A DNA stretch of 64,000 nt. Source: Callorhinchus milii. Its lineage: Eukaryota. The stretch spans positions 18,664,001 through 18,728,000 of the forward strand of contig NW_024704743.1 in assembly GCF_018977255.1 (NCBI RefSeq), read 5' to 3'. Position 1 is the first letter of the stretch, and the number at the start of each line of letters is the position of its first letter. This document shows, in pieces, positions 53,637-64,000 of the stretch. The notes below the pieces were generated by a model. It worked only from the letters and a program-made list of their open reading frames with translations, had not been told where the DNA came from and searched no databases. The translations under genes and the position numbers were made by a program.

Positions 53637-54077
53637 AGGACACCAATAGTAAGTAAAAGAAAAGCAGGTATCAAAAGCTCTGTCTTTCCTATTGCACTCT
53701 TTTCGAGCACAAATTTAGCCAACTTTACATTGTAACTCTGAGGTGACAAGGTGGGGTATTCTGGGAGGATGAGATCAAATGGGCCAAAGGACCTTCTTCA
53801 TCCGAAGTCCTCTTGTGATCTTGTCCTTTGTTTTTATTTCATACAGCGTTCAGTGTGGAGAACAGGACTGCCACAAGATGGCTCTGCTGAACGCAACATT
53901 CCGTTAACTCGGTGCTCAAAAGCATTTGTATATTTTAAGATATTCTTATCCCGGGTAACTGATAACAATTAATATGTTAATATCTGCTTAATGAGAAATT
54001 AGATCTTTTAATTTTATTCTTCTATAGATTTTATTTGTGTGATAGCACATATTTAAGCATATCACAAAAAGACGCAA

Positions 54078-54480
54078 AACAACAACAACAAAATTACATT
54101 TGTATAGCGCCGTTCACATCAGGAGGATGTCTCAAGGCGGGGGACAATCAATGTTTCGGATCCGAGCTGGGGGTCAGGATCGGGGAGGGTGGAGGGCAGG
54201 GGAGGAAGGAGGATGACTGAAGGCACAGTCATAGGGGAGGGTCTTGATATGGATCTTGAAGGAAGCAAGGGAGGGGGCAAGGCGGAGGGACTGTGGGATG
54301 GAGTTCCAGAAGATGGGAGTAGAGTAGCTGAAGGCCCGGCCGCCAAAGGTGGGGCGGGTGAGCGGGGGACATGAAGTAGGCTGGAGCCTGCTGAGCGGAG
54401 GGAGCGGGCAGGTTGGTAGGGGTTTAGGAGGTCGCAGAGATAAGGAGGAGCAAGGCTATGGAGGGCATTGAAGGTGACTT
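54078..54480 (-). mobile_element. L2 3' fragment
   Basis: Same subfamily tail as 42490-42790. Confidence 0.85.
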
Positions 54481-54850
54481 TAGAAATGTTTGTCTTCCAA
54501 CAGAGGGTGAAGATAGCCCTTGGTCCATTGTACTCATTGTTCCTAAATACTGATCCTCTCATTACAGCGTTCTGGCCACAACCACCCTCCACAATAATCC
54601 AATCCTGTCATAATTTACCCTCTAGGTACAGAAATACTTCTTGGCTCTGTCCTCAAAATACCTTCATAAACTTAAACCTGTACCTTCTTGTGCCGTTGTC
54701 TTTGGCATATCTGAAAGTTTTGTACTGGTTTTACTATTCAAGGTTGAAGAGCCCTAACTTAGGCTTTAGATCCTGTGAATTTCAAATCTGAGGAAACCAG
54801 TCACCAGGTTTACTAGTTTAAGATATCAAGTGTTTGGAAGGACTTTTGTT

Positions 54851-55445
54851 ATCATAGAATTATACAGCACAGAAGGAGGCCATTCGGCCCATTGTGTCTG
54901 TGCTGGTTCTTTGAACAGAGCTATCCAATTTAGTCCCACTCCCCCGCTCTCTCCCCATAGCTCCGGCAAACTTGTCCTTCCTAAATAATTATCTACTTCT
55001 CTCTTAAAAGTTGTTATTGAATCGGCTTCCACTACCCTTTCAAGCAATGCATTCCAGATCCAAACAACTCGCTGTGTGGAAACATTTCTCCTCACCTCCC
55101 CTCTGGTTCTTTTAACAACTGTTTTAAATCAGTGCCCGTAGTTTACCGACCCACCTGACCAGTGGAAATCATTTCTCCTTGTTCACCCTATCGAATCCCC
55201 TCATAATTTTGGAAACTTCTATTAAGTCTCCTCTTAACCTTCTCTGCTCCAAGGAGAATAATCCTAGCTTCTCTAGTCCCTCCTGGTAACTGAAGTCCCT
55301 CATTCCTGGTAACATCCTGGTAAATCTCCTTTGGACCCTCTCCAATGCCTTGATATCCTTCCTAAAATGTGGTGCCCAGAATTGAACACAGTACGCCAGA
55401 TGAGGACTAACCAATGTTTTATGAAGGTTCATCATAACTTCTAGG
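54851..55445 (-). mobile_element. CR1 3' fragment
   Basis: HLAYCVQFWAPHFRKDIKALERVQRRFTRM...RGDLIEV plus CR1 3' UTR. Confidence 0.9.
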
Positions 55446-55868
55446 AAACTATGTAACAGTGAACCATGATTCATTCTGTGTATTTTCATTCCCTCTGTAT
55501 CTTGACATGCCTCTTCTCACCCGCATTAGCAAAAGTGCCATCCAAAAGCGGAAGCATCATTTCCTTTTTAAGATTGGTGGTTCAATTGTCAATTACACAA
55601 TTATACAGAGTCAAATGTTGCTGAGGATATTCAACTTGGTTATCTAATGTTACCACTACTGGTTAATTTATAATTTAGATTTAAATAGTGCCTTTCACAC
55701 CGGGTGGATGTCTCAAAGCACTTGACACTACTGGTTGGGCACCCGAACTAGGGGTGGCAGCTGAGAAGGTGGGAGGAAGATAACTGTCAGTCAAAGCACG
55801 GTCAAAGAGGTACATTTTGAGATGAGCCTTGAATAAGGTGAGGGAGAAAGCAGATAGGAGAGACTCCA

Positions 55869-56387
55869 GGTTAGAAGTCTCTCCGACCACAGACCCGGCC
55901 CCTTATTAGGTTTCTGGGGAGAAGCCCCGGATTACCTTAACCAATGATCGACTTGACAATTCCAATATGGGTGTAAAGAAAGTTTTATTGCAACATTTGT
56001 AGAATCATTCATACACACAGTACATAAGCGATAATTAACAGAATCGAAACGATATTACAATATTGGTGAGCTTCCTTTATACCCTGAAATAAAATTTTGA
56101 TGCCTCTTGTACCACTAAGCCATTCCACAGTTGTTTTTCCCAGTACTCAACTTGTTTTTGTTCTCTCGAGTTCCTGTTGAATTATAATACTTCTCTATCT
56201 TCTCTCTCGAGTTCCTGTTAAATCATTCCATTAAGTCAGGGTACCCCGCAGATTACATGCCCACGCCTTGTGATTTAGACCACACTGACGTCACGTACCA
56301 ACTTGTACCACTCTTTACCTCCCTTAACCTGCCAGCCCTCAAAATGTACATATATGTAAAATGCAGTTAAATCGCTATATTCTAACA
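55869..56387 (-). mobile_element. Probable solo LTR
   Basis: Terminal inverted 7-mer GTTAGAA/TTCTAAC. On the minus strand the order is TG start, CRE, direct repeats, TATAAA, AATAAA. No target-site duplication seen. Confidence 0.6.
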
Positions 56388-57523
56388 CCTTTGCGGCAGG
56401 GTGGGGAGGCGGTTCTCTGCAGAGGCAGAATGGTTTATCTTCACTCAGCACTGCTGCGAGAGAATGTGACCATTGTTGAGACTTGAAGCTGAATCTGGCT
56501 TTCCCAAGCAACACTGCAGCTTGCCAATGAATTCGAACCATCTCACTGTAAAACATATTCATTTCACTGGTTTCAATAATATTTAATTCAGAATTATTGC
56601 TGCTGTCATTTTTTATTAAAGTTTAGAGATCTGAAATGTCACATTTTATTAACATTTAAAAATCTTAAATTACAAGTGGCACGCGCTATTAAATAATGCC
56701 ATTAAAATGTGCAAACAGTCTAGAGGATTGTGACTAAATAAAATGAAAATAAATTCTTCTGCTCTTTCTCCTGTCTCTTTCATTTAATACAGTCATAATA
56801 ATTGGCTCAAAGTGCTGACCGAAAACACAGCATGGCAAAAGAATATTTCTCTTTAATTTTAAATGAGGCGATCTGAAATATTTCTCAGAAATAGAAATAT
56901 TATAAAAGTATTGGGTCTATTTCTTACCAAATTTCTTAATTAAGTAATTACTTATGAAATACCAAAAAATCGACCACTCATCATTTATTTGGTACCTCCC
57001 AAATTTGTGCGCTTATCTGTCCTGAACATTATCAATAAAAAATAGTAGCTTTTAACGATCACTTTGAATCAGACTGGGATCTTCACTGACTCATTCAGAA
57101 TGATGCAGCAAGTAAAATAGAAGCCAGACTGGTTGGCCATTCATATGTGGTAAAAGTCTGCATTGCTAATAGAGACAAGTCATGGGCAAAATTACTTCAG
57201 ATTTTCTATTAGGTTTGTATGGCTTAGTGGGTAAGATAGTAATGTAGACTGTGTACATAGTTGGAGAATTGTACCCAGCAAAAAGATTCAGATGACAAAA
57301 ACCCTTTGTCCGTCTGATCTCATGCTCCCGGAATATCAACCCTACAGTCTTCCTATCGTAGCATCAGGCTGTTTTACTAGCCTCAACCTAGTACTTTCCT
57401 GGTGTTAATTATCCATTGTTTATTTTAAATTTAAATTCAAATTAAATATCTGTCTTAAAATTGTCCTTCACAACGCTGACCCTATGCTCCTGTGTCCTGC
57501 TGCGTGAGAATATTTGAAAATAA

Positions 57524-58085
57524 ACAACAACAACAACAACAAATTGGATTGATATACAGCTTTTCACATTGGGAGGACATCCCAATTTGCTAGACAGGTG
57601 AGGGTTTGCACCTGAGAGGGTGGCTGGATTCCAGAGGGGTGGGATCAAGGGTGGTGGGGGCAAGATGACCAATGGCACAGTTAAAGAGGAAGGTTTTGAG
57701 ATGGACCTTGAAGGATGCAAGAGAAGCGACTTTGTGATGGAGTTACAGAGAGGCTGAAAGCCCAAACGCCAATGGTGAGGTAGGCAGGGTGGGGGACGTG
57801 AAGAAATACTAGCCAAGCTAAGTCCAGTTGGTAAGGTTTTAAAAGGTTACAGAGTTAGGGTGAGACAAGACCCTGGAGAGATTTAAGAGTAAGGACGAGG
57901 ATATTGAACTCAATCCTCTGGGGGATGGGGTGTCAGCGGAGCCAGATGAGGATGGAGATGATAGGCTCAACTAGTATGGGAGAAGACATGAGTTGCAGAG
58001 TTCTGGATCGTTTGCAGCTTGTCGGGAAGAGTTGGTAAGTCCGGCAAGCAGAAAGTTGGCATAGTCAAGCCTGGATGTGGTGAAT
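57524..58085 (-). mobile_element. Older L2 3' fragment
   Basis: (CAA)n tail and purine-rich L2 antisense body. Confidence 0.75.
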
Positions 58086-58331
58086 GATGCGGAAAACTGT
58101 TGTTTTAGGTGTACTTTCTCTATCTCATTTAACAACTTGTACTATGACAAAATCCTGCTGAGAAGTCTGTTTGTATGGCCGAAAAGACCTAATTTATATA
58201 GATGTTCCTCGTAGAACAACCCTCTAAAGCTGGGAATCACTATTGCTCTCCTCTGCACTGCTTCTAGGCTCTGGGGCAGCCTCTTATCTTGCTACTGTTA
58301 GCATCATGTAAACTGATTTTTTTTTCTGGTC

Positions 58332-58822
58332 TGACATGTGCAGAAACCCATCACCATGCTTAAGGGTATCCAAACCAATCTACACATCCCACTACACTCG
58401 TCTGCCCTTCCAGATTCTTCCAACCAGCTAGGCTGGCTGTGCTGTCATCAGCAGTGTTCTGGAATACTGGAGACCCGGCATCAGGAACCAGACGACTGAG
58501 ACCACCAGAGAGGGCTGGTTCGATTCTGACATTCCATTACCAGGCATGTTACCTTAGAGCCAGTTCAGTTCCAAGGAGACCTTGGTTACCTCCCCCAATG
58601 GAGGATAGTCAATAGTTGGTCATTCGACATTCCACAAACGTGAGTTTGAGCCCTCACTAGGTGGATGGTACAAGGAACTCCTTGCGAGCCACCTGGTGGG
58701 CAACACATCTCCACATGAAACATTGCCGCGACTTCCTGTCCACAGCTTGGGTACACATCCCTTCCCATTGAGCAATGGTTCCATCAATTGGAAGTGCGGA
58801 GTTTAAGCAGCAGCTGCTTACC
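58332..58822. repeat. Unclassified dispersed repeat, copy D
   Basis: Shares the terminus gaaacccatcaccatgcttaag.gtatccaaaccaa and the block ggctggctgtgctgtcatcagcagtg with copy A. Confidence 0.78.
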
Positions 58823-58899
58823 TTAACCGAGTATTAATGCAGAAAAACTGTAAAGTATCTTTATTGTCAGACATCATATCATGGGCGAGACTTAACATT

Positions 58900-59990
58900 C
58901 TGTAATTTAACAGCAACAAAGCTTCTTGCTCTTATCAGCGTCTCCTCAGCTCACGTGTTGACTGTTATCAATCTCCCTGGTTGCTCACTCCAACACTTGG
59001 AGCCTGTGTACAACCTTGGCATTTTGTTCAACCCTCAACTCTCCTTTAAACTTTTCATCAAGGCTCTGAGTAGGTATCCACCTTCCTTCAACTCTGCAAC
59101 ACCCCCTGACTCCACCCTTCCTCACCCCAAGTGCAGTTGAAACCTTCATCCATGCCTTTGTCACCTCTATGCTCTCCAGCCTTCCCAGTTCCACTCACCA
59201 CACTTTCCAGATCATACAGATCTCTATAGCCCATGTCCTCTGCCATCCAAACACATACAACCCTTTCACACAAATGGTTGTGGAAATCTGGAATTCTCTC
59301 CCCCCCCAAAAGGATGCTCAATCAATTGGGAATTTCAAGCCTGAGATTGATAAATATTTATTATGTAAGGGTATCAAGGGATATGGAGAAAAGGTGGGTA
59401 AATAGAGCTGAGGTAAGATCAGCCATGATCTAATAGAATGAATGAACAGGCTCAAGGGGCTGATTGACCTGCTCGTGTTCCTAGGTTCCTGAGCCTATCA
59501 ACGTAATCCTCACCTGGCTCCACTGGCTCCCTTTCCCCAGTGAATCAACTTCACTGTTGATCCTCACCCAAGATACAATACAATAAAAAATTACATTTGT
59601 ATAGCAACTTTCACATCGAGAGGATGTCCCAAAGTGCTGGGAGATCCTCGTCTTTACCTTTAAATGCTTCCATGGCCTTGCTCCACCCAATCCTATGACT
59701 CTACTCCCCTTTTGCTTTGCTAATTCTGGTCTGCTTCATTTCCCCCTGTTTGCTCCGTGCCATCATCAGCACTTTGCCACCGTCCTCTGGAATACTTCCC
59801 AAATCCCTCCACTTTGGTTTCTCCCTCTCGGCTTTCAAAATCCATCTAAGGACCTACCTCTTTGATTGTACTTTCAACCTCCCAGCATCAAACTCCTGTC
59901 TCATTTCCAGTTCAGGCTCCTGCTCAAATTTTGTGGAGAATTTTCAGTCATTCTTGTTACATGAAAGGCCCTATATAAGTGTAAATTGTT
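58900..59990 (+). mobile_element. Decayed L2 with a nested CR1 3' end (about 59262-59484) and an inverted L2 tail
   Basis: L2 motifs (aaccttggcattttgtt, catgcctttgtcacctct) are interrupted by CR1 3' sequence (tggaattctctccc...gatcagccatgatc). Confidence 0.7.
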
Positions 59991-60369
59991 TTTAATCTGA
60001 ATAGTCTGAATCCTTACATGTTGCGAGATCTATGAAAATCTGATTTAGTATCACCTCAGTGCAATATTCTTTTGGATCCCCCCACCCACCAGCACTGCAA
60101 TGGAGTGTCAACTTAGACTATTTGATTCCAAGTCCTGACATGGAGCTTGAACCCGCAATCTTCTGAAACAGAGGTAAGAGTGCTACCTCTCTGCCACGCT
60201 GTCACTATGAATTTTGGGGATAGGGAACCAGCCAGTACACTTGGGTGAGGATGGTGTTGATAGGCTTACAGAGTTCTTACGCTAAACAGTCTGAATAACC
60301 ACAATTTGCAAGATTTACAAAAAGTATGATTTCATTTCACCTCAGCGCAATACTCTTTTGGATTGTTCA

Positions 60370-60640
60370 GGAATTCCTAAGTCGGAGGAAGCAACAAAAC
60401 AGAAGAATCAGCAAAGTGTTGCCCTTCTCAGCGTGATTTCCTTGCTGTAGATCAATCAGAGGGAGAAGAGGTTTGTTGTCCAAATGATACATATCGCTTC
60501 CTTTGTGACACAGCAAAGGAAGAAACACATAAATATGAAACAAAGCTGACCAAAGCAAATTTTCTCCACTGGATTGCTGTTACTGAGTCTCGGCCATGTG
60601 ACAGGATGTTCCTTTATTACTGCCGATACATGCTCAGGCA
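60370..60640 (+). promoter_or_regulatory. Probable MRC1 proximal promoter with clustered ETS/PU.1-type GGAA cores
   Basis: Repeat-free stretch upstream of the ATG with gaggaagc, aaaggaag, and reverse-strand cores (atttcctt, gcttcctt, gttcctt). Short motifs only. Confidence 0.4.
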
Positions 60641-60775
60641 TCTGCACTTATCAGCTCAGCTCAGCCTAGGAGGAGCACTTCTAATTGAAGCCTTTCCTTT
60701 ACCGCAAAATAACCTTTTCCCTTGGAAAGAAAGGGAGCATTTGAAACATTGCCAAGTTTGGAGGAAAATAATGAA

Positions 60776-60842
60776 ATGCTTATGATGTCTGGAATTCTGA
60801 TTGTTGCTTTCCTTCATTTCATCCAAATGTTCGCTTATGGAG
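60776..60842 (+). CDS. MRC1: MRC1 coding exon 1, signal peptide (MLMMSGILIVAFLHFIQMFAYG)
   Basis: Hydrophobic peptide ending in phase 1 at a strong G|GTAAGT donor (60843), matching the phase of exon 2. There are three in-frame ATGs (60776, 60782, 60785), so the true start is uncertain. Confidence 0.8.
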
Positions 60843-62392
60843 GTAAGTTGTTGTAACTTTTTCATAGTGCCTTGTCGTATCTTATAGAGACGTGGGAAAG
60901 ATCATAAAAACTGTTTACTCAATGGAACAGAACTGCACTCTCTTGAGGCATCATTTGCATATACAACAACACTCCAAGTAAATGCCTAAGTTGTCATTAT
61001 TAGTCTTAAAATTCATTGATTTTCCTTTTGTTAATTAAAAGACTACAAATTTTAATATGTTTAATTGTGTTTGCTCAATGTAGGAGTTTAAGTGAACATT
61101 AGCAAGTCTTCCCTGGTTTTCAAGGAATATTATCTGTTGAAGGCAGATTATGCGTATTCAATGGAAATTGGCTCTGTTTTGATGCTAACTTCAGAAGGAA
61201 ACTAAAATTCAGAATACGTATACTGGCTAGAATATAGTAGACAGATGCAATTAAGCACACGTTGCAACACGATAAGCTTAAATTAATTGTCTTTGTTATT
61301 ATTTAGGGAACAGAATAATATCTCTATTTTTCAAAACTAAATGCTCTCCATGCAGAGCTGCATGCTTAAATGGAAAAGACAAAACACGGTTATGTTAGAT
61401 GTGGTTTTGTACATGGTTTTGTCTGTAATCCACAAGAAACAAAAGCACACTGATCATTATTAACAAAAGCTTTTAAACTCGTGCTTACACACTTAGTTGC
61501 ATTTCCAATGAAAAAAGAGAAAACTTGATATAAAGGGGGACTTCCTGTGAAGCGTTTTGAGATGTCCTTCTGATGTGATAAGGCGCTAATCCAAATGCAA
61601 GGATTATTATTATTATTATCTTACTAGACTCTTGGTGTACAGAATTCAGAGCTTGCCAGTCTGGGCCTGAAATGTCTGCTGGCCCACACACATGTAGACA
61701 CCCCCAGCCTACTCTCCTGGCATGTGCTCCTGTGTCACTATGCTGGCTGGACTCCGGTGGCCAGGGATATTGACTTTGACTCAGTTCGAAATCTGTGAGA
61801 AGAAGGTAGCTTATTCACTACCCTCTGCTTGGTGGATTCAAACAATTACAATGCTGGGACCAGCATTTACTGGTATTTTTCAACACTGAAGAAAGCTGGT
61901 AAATGCTGGCATTGTAATTACAGTTAGCCAGAAATTCCAGCTCGCTAGATCATTTTTCTTTCCCCACCAACCCCCTACTCCCGCCATTGGTCTGAGTAGC
62001 CAGGTTTTTAATGTATTTCAGCAAGTCAGATTTTTAAAGACAATTTTATTTTGAAAGAAGGTTTTACTTGGGGAGGGAGCACACATGTGAATCCATCTGG
62101 AAGTTATATCCACTTCCATCGTAAAAACATTTCTGGCACTCTTTACTAACTCTTTCAGGCAATCCACTACAAGTACACAGTTACAACTGTATATTTTACA
62201 GTAAAATATTTTGGAAAGCACCCTCAGATATTTTGACAACATGATAATGCACTGTATCAAATGCAATATTTTATTTTAAAATACACAGTCCATAAATAAA
62301 TTATTTTGAATTATTTATTAAATAAATTATTTACTAAATAAATAATATGCGTTTCTTCTCTTTAGGCTGTCAAAACAGTGTAGACTGTAGAC

Positions 62393-62897
62393 CAGGCTTC
62401 GGGATCACATCACTCCCACCCTCGCTCGCCTCCACTGGCTCCCCATCCCCCAGAGGATCGAATTCAAGATCCTCATCCTCACCTACAAGGCCATTCACGG
62501 TCTTGCTCCCTCCTACCTCTCCGACCTACTATCCCCCTACCTACCTGCGCGTACCCTCCGTTCCTCTGGCTCCGGTCTGCTGCACATCCCCCGCCCCAAC
62601 CGCCCTACCATCGGTGGACGGGCCTTCAGCCTCTCAGCCCCCAGGCTCTGGAACTCCATCCCCCAGTGCCTTCGCCGCCTCCTCCCTTTCCTCCTTCAAG
62701 GGGTCTCAAGACCTTTCTCTTTGACCGTGCCTTCAGCTCCCCTCTCGACTCTCTATCCCTTCCTCGCTCCCTCCCTTCCCTCCCCTCACCCTGAACATTT
62801 CCCCCCTGCTCGGGTCCTGACCCAACTGTACAGCGCCTTGGGACGTCCTCCCGACGTGAAAGGCGCTCAATAAATGGAATCTTGTTGTTGTTGTTGT
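62393..62897 (+). mobile_element. Young 5'-truncated L2 insertion in MRC1 intron 1
   Basis: CpG-rich and well preserved, with a (GTT)n tail. Flanked by TGTAGAC at 62386-62392 and 62898-62904. Confidence 0.9.
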
Positions 62898-63104
62898 TGT
62901 AGACATTTAAAATTTAAGGGGTCACAATTGTGATATTCCTAAAGTTGTCCAGGAATTATTGGTATGGAATTAAGGAATACTTTATCACCTGGAAACTGCT
63001 TTTCACCCCATCTGTAGGTGACACTGTTTACAAGAGGGAGGTGAGGCTGAGGTAGAGGAATGGGGCAACCTTAGGAATATCACAATTAAAAATTATTAAA
63101 TTGG

Positions 63105-63270
63105 TCAAACAGTCCACGACTGTTTGTGGGACGTTGTTGTGCGCAATTGGCTGCCGCGTTTCGCCCACAAAATGTAAGTCAATTCACTTTACATTATATT
63201 CTGTGAAGCGCTTTGAGACGTCTCAAAGACATGATCAGGCGCTATATCAAATGCAAGGATTATTATCATT
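63105..63270 (+). mobile_element. SINE core and tail, 5' truncated
   Basis: cgactgtttgtgggac...gcgcaattggctgccgcgtttcgcc...caaatgcaaggattatt. Confidence 0.85.
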
Positions 63271-63421
63271 AATGTATTAGATGCCCTGGTCAGAGCTATG
63301 ATCTCAGGACCTTGTGACCTCAAAAAAAATCTCAGTTTTCAGAATAGATCTGAATATGAAAGGTATCTGAACTAATAGCTGGAAAAAGAAATATAACTGT
63401 GTTTTGTTCTTTATGTTTCAG

Positions 63422-63823
63422 ATCCCAATGTCTTTTTAATACACAATATAAATCATAATCGGTGTGTGATAGCTAAAACTGCAAAATCAGTGGTGACAGG
63501 TACTTGTGATCCGAATGCAGAGTCACAGCAGTTTAAGTGGGTCTCCAGTAAGAGACTTATGAGCATGAAATTCAAACTCTGCCTTGGAGTTCCTGAAAAG
63601 AAGGACTGGGTGCCAGTCACCCTCTACCCCTGCAGTGATAAAAGTGATCTTCAAAAATGGGTATGCAAGAATGATACACTGTTTTCCATCGAAGATGCTG
63701 ATCTCTATTTCAACTATGGGAATCGAAACGAGCAAAATATAATGCTCTACAAAGGATCAGGACATTGGAGCAGGTGGAGAGTGCATGGCAATGCAAATGA
63801 TATCTGTTCAGTAATCTATGAAG
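63422..63823 (+). CDS. MRC1: MRC1 (macrophage mannose receptor 1) coding exon 2, Cys-rich ricin-B domain
   Basis: tttcAG acceptor, GTATG donor at 63824, 402 nt. Six Cys, QxW-type repeats (QQFKW, QKW) and FNYGN...[14 protein letters not shown]. The gene continues beyond the window. Confidence 0.93.
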
Positions 63824-64000
63824 GTATGATGAATTCTCTTGTTAAAATAGTTCACTGGTGCAGAATCAGTATAGTATAAGTCATAGAATCATATAATGTT
63901 ACAGCACAGTAATAAACCATTCACCCCAAGCTCGCTGGATGTCAAATGACCAACTGGTGCCTATCCTCCTTGGGAGGGAGGCAAGAGGGCTCGCCTCGGA

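Noticed and set aside
53560..55445. Single CR1 broken by an inversion (the + copy ends about where the - copy begins)
   Set aside because: The overlapping RPHLEYC region differs substantially between the two copies, so they are independent insertions.

Overview
Eukaryotic, intron-rich vertebrate DNA with no prokaryotic features. The repeat landscape (tRNA-headed Deu-type SINEs, abundant L2 and CR1 LINEs) and the protein divergence suggest a cartilaginous fish; this is inference. Three + strand genes lie in the conserved vertebrate order STAM - TMEM236 - MRC1. STAM coding exons 2-14 span 15072-32148; exon 1 was not found and probably lies upstream, so 1-15071 is likely intron 1. TMEM236 is complete with four coding exons (41464-47373, 352 aa). 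MRC1 is represented by its first two coding exons (signal peptide and Cys-rich ricin domain, 60776-63823) and continues past the window. All exon junctions were checked by hand for GT/AG and phase continuity. Most entries in the ORF track are transposon debris or noise. I found no convincing wholly new biological system. The best leads are an unclassified four-copy repeat family, a probable solo LTR upstream of MRC1, a uORF overlapping the MRC1 start, and SINE/L2 3'-tail sharing with nested insertions.
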